Positions 9,807 through 18,391 of a stretch of DNA of 64,000 bases are shown here, piece after piece (the first letter of the stretch is position 1; every line of letters begins with the position of its first letter). Origin of the DNA: Candidatus Latescibacterota bacterium (GTDB lineage: Bacteria > Latescibacterota > UBA2968 > UBA8231); NCBI GenBank assembly GCA_965217585.1, contig OZ244561.1, forward strand, positions 4,768,001 to 4,832,000, given 5' to 3'. Made by a program: the position numbers and the translations under genes. Below the pieces are notes generated by a model. The model had not been told where the DNA came from. It searched no databases and was given only the letters and a program-made list of their open reading frames with translations.

Positions 9807-11606
9807 TCAGTACGCCAGCCCCACCAGCAGCGACCGGTCTTCAGAGCCGGTATCCGTATCAATGGAAAGTCGCAAGATGTAGAGCCCCGGCGGCACGGTG
9901 GCACCACTTTCGTCCAAGCCGTCCCAAGCCACTTGCTGCGGTCCGTTGAGCGCGCCGCTTTTTTGCAAGTGCCGTACCGAGCGGCCCGCGAGGTCGTACA
10001 AGGTCAGATCGGCGGGTACCTGCGAGAGAGCACGCAGCAAGATATAGGACACATATAGCTGGTCGTTGATCCCATCGCCGTTGGGGCTGAAAATCGGCGG
10101 ATCAGCCTTCAACTCGAGGACAAGCTCTTGGCGCAACACGCCTTGGATGGACAGGCGATCGGCCTGCGCCTCAGGGGTCGCGTCCCCGGCCACCACGTCT
10201 TGGCCGAGTTCACCGGTCTGACTGTCGAAAACTTTAGCGAAAAAAGTAGTGCCATAGACGGTTACCATGGCCTCGAAGCGGATGCGCAAAAGCTGGCCTG
10301 ATTCGGTCACTCGGTCGTCGGTCAGTTGGATGGCCAGCCTGCTCTCGTCCTGCGCGTCCTCTTCTGTAAAGGATACGGACACTCCGTCTAGCTCGACGCT
10401 ATTGACCGTCGCCTTGAAAGGCGTGCGTATTTCCACGCGGTCGAATCCGTCGTTGGCAGCGCCGAAAGTCGAGCGGATGTAGTAGTCGAAGATGTTGCTC
10501 TCGCCGAGAGTGACCGTCGCTGGAGTGACTTCGGCCGTCAACTCTTCGGCCAGCGTCGGGATTGAATAGTCAAAGGAGAACGAATCGACAAAGGCCGACT
10601 GGCGCGCGTCGTCGGACGAAAACAACAGGCGGAACTGGATGTAGCGGCGGTTGCCCGGCGAGAGTAGATCGCCAAAGAAATCCTCGTATGGTGCCGACCA
10701 AGGGCTCCACTCGTCGATGTTGTCGACGATCTCGCCCTTATTGGACGAGGTCAGATCGTCGTACTCGGCGGCCGCCTCGGGCGAGCCGATCGGCAAGATA
10801 GGCTCTTCCTGCCGATCCTCGCCCTCAAAGATCTCGGTTTTGCGATAGTAAATTTTGGGATCGGGCACCGTGCCCGTGCGCGTCTGCAATACCACGTTAG
10901 TCAAGGGGTCGGAGCGGGTCGGCAAGCGAATTTGGCCAAAGTTGGCCGTCTCGCCGAGGTCGATGACTTCGGCGAGATAACTGCCGGTGGGCGCGAAGCC
11001 GTCGCCAAAGACCTCGACTTCCTCGATGATGAACTCTTGGCCCGAGCGGCTGATTAGGCGGATGAAGCGCACGAATTGGAGGGGGATATGAGCGTCGATA
11101 TCCGCTTCGCTCTGTTCGAGGTTTGCGCTGACTTGGTTGATGAAGGCGATCGGAAGGTCTTCGCGCAGTTGCGCGGGGTCGCCGTCGTGAACAAAAAGCT
11201 CATAGGCGCGGAGGAAGATGTCGGGGTTACACTGAAAGCGAATGCGGTTGATCGGCAGGATCGCGCCTAAGTCGATGAGCATGGAGGTGCCGTCGGGGCG
11301 TCGCCCGCGCGTGACGCGCCAGAAGGTATCGGCATTGCCATCGGTGAGCAGGCCGGTCAGATCTTCGCGCGACTGCGGCGAGGAGATGTTGCCACCTCGC
11401 CGCCTCAGAGTGAGGTTTTCGACGGCATTGGTGGTCGAGTCCACCACGGCCGGGAACAGGGCGGATTCGTCGGTGGTGAGTCCGGTCAACCCACCAACAT
11501 CGTCCCATACAAAGCCAGAGCCTCCCGCGGTCCACACATCCACAGCGCCGGCCGCCCTAGCGCCCATCGCAATGCAGATCAACAGCCTAAATCGCCATTT
11601 GAACAT
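9807..11606 (-). CDS. Secreted discoidin-like + FlgD-Ig protein (paralog type A)
   Basis: LTDGNADTFW..IDLG; SPNGDGIND, YDLAGRSVR, WDGLD, PPGLY; colinear with 5583-7364. Confidence 0.85.
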   Translation of the reverse strand: MFKWRFRLLICIAMGARAAGAVDVWTAGGSGFVWDDVGGLTGLTTDESALFPAVVDSTTNAVENLTLRRRGGNISSPQSREDLTGLLTDGNADTFWRVTRGRRPDGTSMLIDLGAILPINRIRFQCNPDIFLRAYELFVHDGDPAQLREDLPIAFINQVSANLEQSEADIDAHIPLQFVRFIRLISRSGQEFIIEEVEVFGDGFAPTGSYLAEVIDLGETANFGQIRLPTRSDPLTNVVLQTRTGTVPDPKIYYRKTEIFEGEDRQEEPILPIGSPEAAAEYDDLTSSNKGEIVDNIDEWSPWSAPYEDFFGDLLSPGNRRYIQFRLLFSSDDARQSAFVDSFSFDYSIPTLAEELTAEVTPATVTLGESNIFDYYIRSTFGAANDGFDRVEIRTPFKATVNSVELDGVSVSFTEEDAQDESRLAIQLTDDRVTESGQLLRIRFEAMVTVYGTTFFAKVFDSQTGELGQDVVAGDATPEAQADRLSIQGVLRQELVLELKADPPIFSPNGDGINDQLYVSYILLRALSQVPADLTLYDLAGRSVRHLQKSGALNGPQQVAWDGLDESGATVPPGLYILRLSIDTDTGSEDRSLLVGLAY

Positions 11607-11633
11607 AGCGCGTGTCGCCTCTCACCCCATAGA

Positions 11634-11671
11634 CAAAACAAGGGGAGGGGAATCCATTCCCCTCCCCTTGT
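11634..11671 (-). terminator. Strong hairpin / intrinsic terminator downstream of the CBM9-like gene
   Basis: Perfect 16-bp inverted repeat ACAAGGGGAGGGGAAT (11638-11653) / ATTCCCCTCCCCTTGT (11656-11671), followed by T-rich sequence on the minus strand. Confidence 0.75.
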
Positions 11672-11707
11672 GAACGTAAACTTAAGACGAAGACTGCTAA
11701 AGCTGGT

Positions 11708-12619
11708 TTAGAGTTCTTCGCCTACCAGCGACTTGATCTGGCCCCAAGAGCTTTCCTCAACCGCTGTATCCACGGCTTCGATCGGCGTCAGGTAAATGTC
11801 GGGCATGCCGCCGCTGTTCATAAACTGCTCGGCCATGCTGTACTGGGCCTGCCAGAAGAAACCTTCATCGGCACCCCCCTCAACGGTCGGATCGTTGCCG
11901 TTGGCGTTGAGACCTTCGTCGGCGTCGTCAATCGAGATCGACATGCCGATGGTCTGCTCGGCCGTTAGCGTCCACACCGTGCTGGCGTCCGGGCCGCCGC
12001 TGATCGAGATCGGGTCCATCAGCTCGGCGCTGAACTCGTAGTAGTACTCTTGGCCTTGGTTGACGTGACCGGCCTCTACGAAGTCCGTATGGGTCCACCA
12101 GAAGTTCAGGGCGTCCTGCTCGAAATTGCTCAGCGCGCCGTTGTACATTTGGACGCGCGAGAACTGCTCGGAGAAGCTCAGGCACATCTGGTAGGCTGGC
12201 TGCAGGTCTTGGTCGTTGGGTGCCGAGTACGGGCCGCCGCCTTGGTTGTCGGGATCGAAATGCACTTCGCAGTTGTCGTCGCGAAAAGTGCAGTTGGGGT
12301 TCTTATCGACGATCAGGAAGTCGTCGTGGACGTGAACCATAGCGTGGATGCGGTTGTTGGCATCGCTCCAGCCGATGATCAGGTCAATGAACAGGTCATC
12401 GGCATCGTCGGCACCGCCGGTCAGCGGATTCATGTCTTCAATGGTGACCTCAAAGCTGCGATCAACCCAAGCCCAGTCGGCATTGTCGCCATCGATGGTG
12501 GGCAGGGCGTTGCCGGGGATACCCACGGCAAAAAAGAGCGGTACTTCAGCCGGCTCCTGCGCGAAAGCAGCACCAGCGACGAGCAACGCACCTAGATTCA
12601 AAGCTAGGACTTTGCGCAT
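11708..12619 (-). CDS. Secreted CBM9/DOMON-like protein with C-terminal WGxIK tail
   Basis: Signal peptide (AFA); PTIDGDNADW, GWSD..NRIH...VHDD, DNCEVHFDPD, IGMSISIDDAD resemble the CBM9-like sugar-binding fold; ends TAVEESSWGQIKS; AAGGAGG RBS. Confidence 0.8.
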   Translation of the reverse strand: MRKVLALNLGALLVAGAAFAQEPAEVPLFFAVGIPGNALPTIDGDNADWAWVDRSFEVTIEDMNPLTGGADDADDLFIDLIIGWSDANNRIHAMVHVHDDFLIVDKNPNCTFRDDNCEVHFDPDNQGGGPYSAPNDQDLQPAYQMCLSFSEQFSRVQMYNGALSNFEQDALNFWWTHTDFVEAGHVNQGQEYYYEFSAELMDPISISGGPDASTVWTLTAEQTIGMSISIDDADEGLNANGNDPTVEGGADEGFFWQAQYSMAEQFMNSGGMPDIYLTPIEAVDTAVEESSWGQIKSLVGEEL

Positions 12620-12660
12620 TGTTAAATCCTCCTTGATGATGATTCTGTACGTGAAAAGTT

Positions 12661-12693
12661 AAAAGAAAAGGCCCGCCACAGGGTTCAACGGGC
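12661..12693 (-). terminator. Terminator-like hairpin inside the 5-prime leader of the CBM9-like gene
   Basis: Minus strand GCCCGTT...GGCGGGC stem followed by CTTTTCTTTT, about 40 nt upstream of the start codon. Confidence 0.5.
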
Positions 12694-12783
12694 GAAATTA
12701 CGAGGTTACTTAAGTAGCGGTTGGTACTTCGAACCTCCTTTCATCGGCGATTTTTGGTCCATTCTTCTTAATTAGTCGAGTAA

Positions 12784-12810
12784 ACAAATAAATATGTGCT
12801 TATTTGTCAA
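12784..12810 (-). promoter_or_regulatory. Putative promoter -35 (TTGACA) overlapped by an 8-8-8 palindromic operator
   Basis: ACAAATAA-N8-TTATTTGT (12784-12807); TTGACA on the minus strand at 12810-12805; AT-rich intergenic. No convincing -10 box. Confidence 0.5.
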
Positions 12811-12832
12811 GATTTTTTTGCCAGCGAATCCC

Positions 12833-15178
12833 CTAGTAGGCTACGGCAATGAGGGCTTGCGCTTTCTCGTCACCAGCATCGCCCTCGACGAGGACTTCGA
12901 GCACGTACAGGCCTGGGGCCACGCGATCTCCACGGTTGTCGTGGCCATCCCAAACGAGCTTGCGCTGGCCGGCGCGGCTGTCTTCGCTGTGGTCGTACAC
13001 TGGGCGGCCGGCGAGGTCGTACAGGCGCAATCGCAGGGGGCGCGGTGCCAGCACATTGACCAGCGCGATCTCCAGCGTCAGTTCGTCGTTGATCCCGTCG
13101 CCATTGGGGGTAATCGCCTTGGACGAGAGAGACATATTGGCGAGTAGCTCCAGAGAGACCGGCAAGCTGACGATGTTGGTGCTGCTCTCGACCAAGTCGG
13201 TGGCGTCGCCCGGGTCCACGCGCTGCCGCACGCTCTCGTCTTGGCGGCTGTCCTGCAAAAAGACGTCGAAGCGCGTCGATTGCCGGAATACCGAAGATTC
13301 AAACTTCAGTTCGATGAGCTGATCGGTGCGGATGCGGTTGGGCAGATGGACTAGGAAACCGCTTGCGGTAGTGTCTATCTGTGCGCCGAGCGCGGTCCCA
13401 TTGTGCGCGACGCTCGTAAATTGCACCGGTGTGTCCGACTCGACGGCGAGGCGGTCGAATCCGCTGGCGTTTTTGGGCCGCAAGTAATAAGTGAACTCGG
13501 TCGGCACCCCCGGCAGGGCATGATGAGGAGAAATTTCGCCCAGCACGCGATCGGCGAGGGGTTGGGTAAAATTGACGGCCAAGTAGTCGAGGGAAGCGCC
13601 CACAGCCGGCGATTCCGAAGTCATGCGCACATCCATTTCGAGGTAGCGGCGCGGCGAGGGCGAGAGAAAAGCTTCGCCAGAGAAGCTGTAGATGCGGCTC
13701 CATGCACTCCAATCGCCGGCGGGGGTAAAGGAGGTGTCAATAGGACCTTTGAAACTAGGAATGAGCTTGTTGTACTTCCTCTCGGAGACTTCCTTGCCGT
13801 TTTTGTCGCGGTATGTGTAGGTCTCGACGACCTCATTACCAGTACGAGTGCGGATCTCGATGCCCGTACCGAGCGGCTCGTCTCCGCTCCACTCCACGGA
13901 GTTGAGATTCTTGCCTACGCCCAAGTCGATCAGGGGCGAGCGGAAACCGACCTCCGACGGGAACCCCTCGCCGAAAATTTGGATCTCGTCGGTGTTTCCG
14001 CCAGCCCCACAGCCCGAGACCTGGCTGACACTGCCCTCCTCGGTTAGTCGCTGCAAGGAGAAGCAATTAGTGTCCCAGAATTTCCAGAAGATGCGGACAA
14101 AGCGCGTTGGCAGCAGGTCGAAGTGGTGATCGACCAAGCCCTTGGATGTTTGCTCTCCGGGCGCGGCACCGGAAAAATGCTTGGTCCACAGGCGCGTCCC
14201 GTCAGGAGAGATCGAGCCATCCGAGGTCATAAACTCGTAGAAGCGGAAGCCCCAACGCCGGCGCGAGACGTAGTGTCTAGTGGTAATGCCGCCGCCAAAG
14301 CCGGAGCGCACGACCACGCCGCCGATAATCCGCGTTTGATTGACCCAATAGACCGCGCCCAAGTCGAGGACGATGTGGGCGAGGATGTCGTTTTGGCCAC
14401 GCGAGGCCGTGCCGGCAGCCCAACGCTCGTACAAATCGCCGTCGAACAAGGCCCGCGCCTTGCCCAAAGGCTGCTGGTCGTTGCTGGCGAGATTGATATT
14501 GACATCAACAGCCCCGCCGCGCTCCAACAGCCCGAGGGCGATGTTGTCGCCAATGGTCTCGACCTCGACCTCGGCGAGGCGGGCATCGGGCACTACGAGC
14601 AGTGGCTCGAAGCGGATGAATTGGATCAGCTCTTCGTCGATTTGTTCTATTTGGTACGTCACCCGATGGCGGCTGTTTTCCTTAATGCGCTCTTTGACGC
14701 GATAGACCAAGGAACCTTCAACCGGCGCGGCGATAAAGTCGGTCTCCGGCTCGCCAGTCGAGAGCAAGAGGTCGAACAGCGCGAAGGGCGCGGCTTGCAC
14801 GTCGAACACTAGGGTGACGCTTTTGGCCGAGACTGCGCGGCCCAAGTTAATCTCGATAAACCAGTCTTTGGGGTCGGCTTCCGGATCGGGTGCCCAGCCG
14901 GTTGCTGGGTTGCCGTCAATGGCCAAACGAGCGGTGTTGAGGTTGGAGCCCGCGTTGCGGATGCCGCCGCCGAATTCGTCCGAATCGCGCACGGCGTCGG
15001 TTCCCTTCTCAATCCGGGTTGGCTGGATCACGCCCGACGGCGTCAATTCCACCGCGCCCAAGGGCAGATCCTCCCATTGCCGCCAGTCGCGTGCCGAGTC
15101 GTAGCGTAGCTGATCGGCCGCTAGCGGATAGCTACTGCCCAAGACCAAGACGGCGGCGAGGGCCATGCAAAAATTCAT
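12833..15178 (-). CDS. Secreted discoidin-like + FlgD-Ig protein (paralog type B, ~781 aa)
   Basis: Start moved to MNFCMALAAVLVLG; IDGNPATGW, FDGDLYERW; TPNGDGIND, YDLAGRPV, WDGHD, APGLY; colinear with 7406-9760. Confidence 0.85.
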   Translation of the reverse strand: MNFCMALAAVLVLGSSYPLAADQLRYDSARDWRQWEDLPLGAVELTPSGVIQPTRIEKGTDAVRDSDEFGGGIRNAGSNLNTARLAIDGNPATGWAPDPEADPKDWFIEINLGRAVSAKSVTLVFDVQAAPFALFDLLLSTGEPETDFIAAPVEGSLVYRVKERIKENSRHRVTYQIEQIDEELIQFIRFEPLLVVPDARLAEVEVETIGDNIALGLLERGGAVDVNINLASNDQQPLGKARALFDGDLYERWAAGTASRGQNDILAHIVLDLGAVYWVNQTRIIGGVVVRSGFGGGITTRHYVSRRRWGFRFYEFMTSDGSISPDGTRLWTKHFSGAAPGEQTSKGLVDHHFDLLPTRFVRIFWKFWDTNCFSLQRLTEEGSVSQVSGCGAGGNTDEIQIFGEGFPSEVGFRSPLIDLGVGKNLNSVEWSGDEPLGTGIEIRTRTGNEVVETYTYRDKNGKEVSERKYNKLIPSFKGPIDTSFTPAGDWSAWSRIYSFSGEAFLSPSPRRYLEMDVRMTSESPAVGASLDYLAVNFTQPLADRVLGEISPHHALPGVPTEFTYYLRPKNASGFDRLAVESDTPVQFTSVAHNGTALGAQIDTTASGFLVHLPNRIRTDQLIELKFESSVFRQSTRFDVFLQDSRQDESVRQRVDPGDATDLVESSTNIVSLPVSLELLANMSLSSKAITPNGDGINDELTLEIALVNVLAPRPLRLRLYDLAGRPVYDHSEDSRAGQRKLVWDGHDNRGDRVAPGLYVLEVLVEGDAGDEKAQALIAVAY

Positions 15179-15368
15179 AAAAGCCTGCTTTCGCGCACGT
15201 ATCACAAAAGGTAAACGTCCCAATCGCTTTTAATATTTAATGCTAAAAATACCCGCGGCGCGGAACAAGGCAAACGAGTTGCCCGCAGGCTGGAGCGAAA
15301 TTTCTGCTCTATATTTATATCTTACTTTCTGAAAGCCCACACCAAGCCTTTGCTGGAGGATTGCCAAT

Positions 15369-16280
15369 ATGATCGGTCGAATTGCCCTCTGCGCCCTGAT
15401 TGCCCTGCCCGTCTGCGCCCAACACGAGAAAGTCGAGCGGACGGTTAACCTGCCCACGGGTTGGCCCACCACCATGGTCCTAGTGCCGGCCGGGTCTTTT
15501 CCCCGGGGCATGGAAGGCGAAGCCTTTGACGAGCAGCCCGTGCGCGAGATTTACCTCGACGCGTACCTGATCGACAAATACGAAGTCACGGTGGCTCAAT
15601 GGGGAGAGTACCAGCGCGACACGGGTGCGCTGCTCCCAGAGTGGACTTTGCAGAACACGGCTGCGCGGCAAAACCACCCCATTACGCTGGTGACGTGGTA
15701 CGACGCAGCGGCCTTCTGCCAGTGGGCTGGCAAGCGATTGCCCACGGAAGCCGAGTGGGAGCGCGCCGCGCGCTGCGACGACGGTCGCAAGTATCCTTGG
15801 GGCGACGGACTCGATGCCTTTCGCGCCAATTACTTCCAAAGCGACGATCCGTTTGAGAGCGGCTTCGGGGCCATCCTCAGCACCAACTCGGTCGGCTTTT
15901 TCGATGGTTCCAACAGGGACGGCTACCAAACGAGGGACGGCTCCAGTCCCTTTGGAGCCTACGACATGGTGGGCAATGTCTTCGAGTGGACCAACGACTG
16001 GTACCATCCGAGTTACTATGCTCTCAGCCCAGACACCAATCCCCAAGGGCCGGACGAGGGCGTCGTCAAGGCCGTGCGCGGCGGCTCGTACGCGGTTGAC
16101 GCCAGCCACGTGCGGCCCACGTACCGAGCGCGGGACGCCCCGAACTTCAAAGGCCCGGACGTGGGGTTTCGCTGCGCTGCCAGCGCCAGCCTAGGCACGG
16201 GCACGATGCTGCGCCGCGAGACATGGGGCGCGATAAAGAGAACCTCGCTACTCTGGCCCAAAGGGGGGGACGATGAATAA
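15369..16280 (+). CDS. Secreted FGE-sulfatase (SUMF1) domain protein with TWGAIK tail
   Basis: IDKYEVT, VTWYDAAAFCQWAGKRLPTEAEWERAAR, DMVGNVFEW, RGGS, GFRC; lacks the catalytic cysteine pair. Confidence 0.9.
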   Translation: MIGRIALCALIALPVCAQHEKVERTVNLPTGWPTTMVLVPAGSFPRGMEGEAFDEQPVREIYLDAYLIDKYEVTVAQWGEYQRDTGALLPEWTLQNTAARQNHPITLVTWYDAAAFCQWAGKRLPTEAEWERAARCDDGRKYPWGDGLDAFRANYFQSDDPFESGFGAILSTNSVGFFDGSNRDGYQTRDGSSPFGAYDMVGNVFEWTNDWYHPSYYALSPDTNPQGPDEGVVKAVRGGSYAVDASHVRPTYRARDAPNFKGPDVGFRCAASASLGTGTMLRRETWGAIKRTSLLWPKGGDDE

Positions 16281-17883
16281 ACAGAGGCGTCTAGCCGTTG
16301 CCGCGGCGCTGGCCTTGCTCGCCAGTGCCGCGAGCGCGCTGGGGCAGGAAGACGACCTGCGGCAGCGCTTCGGCCTACAGCCGCTGCCGCCGCTGCCCTA
16401 TCCCGAGAACAACCCCTACAACTCCGACCGCGTCGAGTTGGGTCGTCTGCTGTTCTTCGACCCCATCCTCAGCGGCGAGAAGGACACGGCCTGCGGCACC
16501 TGCCATCTGCCGACCTTTGGCATGGCCGACGGCCTACCGCTCGCGGTAGGTGTCGGGGGTACGGGTTTGGGGCCGGATCGGGTGACGGGGCATTCGGCGG
16601 TCACCGGCGACACCGTGATTTCCGAGCCGCGGCACACCATGACCATCTTTAACGTCGGCTACAACGGCGACGAGTCCGGGTTGCCCTCGGCCAAGGGCTT
16701 TATGCTATGGGACGGCAAGGACCGCGGCTTGGAGGCCCAAGCACTGCGGCCGCTCATCGTACGGGTCGAGCTACGCGGCGACGCCTATGAGCGCGAGATG
16801 GCCGTTGACAGCGTACTGACGCGGCTGCGGGGGATTCCCGAATACGTCACCCTCTTTGAGCAAGCCTTCCCGGCCGAAGCCGACTCCGTGGCCCGGCAGT
16901 TGCCGCGCCTCGGCTGCGCGTACGATCCGACGCCCTTGCAGTCGGTCATCACGCGCTCGACCTTTGGCCGGGCCATCGCCGCGTTTGAGCGCGAGCAGAA
17001 CACGGTCAACACGGCGTATGATCGCTACGTGGTCGGCGACGACGAGGCCCTTAGCGCAGCGCAAAAGCGCGGGCTTGAACTCTTCCACATTAAGGCGCGC
17101 TGCGTCAACTGCCACAGCGGCCCGCTGTTTACGGATTCGACCTTCCGCGCCCAAGGCGTTGAGCAGATCGGGCCGGGCCGGGCGTCGGCTACGACCAACA
17201 CGGGAACTCCGCGTCCGACGGGGAAAGACGAAGGCCGCTTCCTCAATTCAGGTAACCTCAGTGACATCGGTGCCTTCCGCGTCGTTGGGCTGCGCCAGAT
17301 TGTGCAGACGGCCCCCTACATGCACGACGGCGCTCTTGCGACGCTGGAGGATGTCATCGAGTTCTACGACCGCGGCGGTGGCGACGAAGCCTCCATCCCC
17401 GCCGAGAATATCGATCCCGAATTAGTCCCCCTAAACCTGAGCGCTGAGGAGAAGCAAGACCTGTTGGCTTTCATGCACGCCCTGACCGATTCGACGATAG
17501 CGGTTCACGTGCCTGCACGAGTGCCCAGTGGGTTGCCGCCAGCGGGTCTCGAATTGGCTGCCGAGGCGGGCCTCGTGGTCCCGGTTCCCGCGCCGGCAGC
17601 TCGACCTGTGGCCGTGCGGGTATTCAACTTTCCCAACCCCTTTAATGCCTCAACCTCGATCTCAGTGACACTGCCGGAGGCGGGCGAAGTCAATATCGAG
17701 GTGTATAATATCTTGGGTCAGGCGGTGCGGCGGCTCTTTAGGGGATACCGGCCAGCCGGCGTCTATCAGCTAGCGTGGGATGGGCGCGACGAGGGCGGGC
17801 GAGTGGCTGCCAGCGGAGTATATCTCGTCTCGGCGCAGATGGGTGGCGCGCGCTACCTAGCGCGGATGACCCTCGTGCACTAA
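16273..17883 (+). CDS. Di-haem cytochrome c peroxidase (MauG/CcpA family) with C-terminal FlgD-Ig domain
   Basis: LGRLLFFDPILS, CGTCH, CVNCH, TAPYMHDG; C-terminal NFPNPFN...YNILGQAVR...WDGRD...ASGVY. Confidence 0.9.
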   Translation: MNKQRRLAVAAALALLASAASALGQEDDLRQRFGLQPLPPLPYPENNPYNSDRVELGRLLFFDPILSGEKDTACGTCHLPTFGMADGLPLAVGVGGTGLGPDRVTGHSAVTGDTVISEPRHTMTIFNVGYNGDESGLPSAKGFMLWDGKDRGLEAQALRPLIVRVELRGDAYEREMAVDSVLTRLRGIPEYVTLFEQAFPAEADSVARQLPRLGCAYDPTPLQSVITRSTFGRAIAAFEREQNTVNTAYDRYVVGDDEALSAAQKRGLELFHIKARCVNCHSGPLFTDSTFRAQGVEQIGPGRASATTNTGTPRPTGKDEGRFLNSGNLSDIGAFRVVGLRQIVQTAPYMHDGALATLEDVIEFYDRGGGDEASIPAENIDPELVPLNLSAEEKQDLLAFMHALTDSTIAVHVPARVPSGLPPAGLELAAEAGLVVPVPAPAARPVAVRVFNFPNPFNASTSISVTLPEAGEVNIEVYNILGQAVRRLFRGYRPAGVYQLAWDGRDEGGRVAASGVYLVSAQMGGARYLARMTLVH

Positions 17884-17888
17884 ACCAG

Positions 17889-18368
17889 ATGCGATACTTG
17901 CGCTCGCTCAAATTGCTCTTGATCGTCGCGGTCGTCGGCGCTGCCCTAGCCTTTTTTGAACGGCAGCGCACGGCCGAGTACGGGCATCTTTTGGAACGCA
18001 CGCATGCGCGCGGGCAGCCGCAACTCAAAGGCACGTCCTTGCGAGAGTTGGCGCAGGTGTTGCTAGAGCTGTATCCAAAGGGAGCCGAAGCCAATCTGCT
18101 GATGGGTACTGCACTAGCCGAGGAGGGGCGGTTGGAGGAGGCCCGGGCACATCTAGAGAAGGCTATGGAAGTGGACCCGCGCAACTTGCAGCTACTCTTT
18201 TTGTACGCGCGACTCTTGCTAGATATGGGAGAGGATATGGAGAAAGTGCAAGAGGTAGTGGAGGAGTTGAGTCGGTACTTTCCGCGGTCGCGGGAGAAGG
18301 TGGAGCAGTACTTTGGGGAGGCTTCAAAGGGGAAGATGCGGTTTGGCGGGGATGATCTTTACCATTGA
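17889..18368 (+). CDS. Small TPR protein with N-terminal membrane anchor
   Basis: Start at MRYLRSLKLLLIVAVVG; TPR pattern ANLLMGTALAEEGRLEEARAHLEKAMEVDP. Confidence 0.75.
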   Translation: MRYLRSLKLLLIVAVVGAALAFFERQRTAEYGHLLERTHARGQPQLKGTSLRELAQVLLELYPKGAEANLLMGTALAEEGRLEEARAHLEKAMEVDPRNLQLLFLYARLLLDMGEDMEKVQEVVEELSRYFPRSREKVEQYFGEASKGKMRFGGDDLYH

Positions 18369-18391
18369 AGCGGCGTCTCCGTCGCGCCTGC

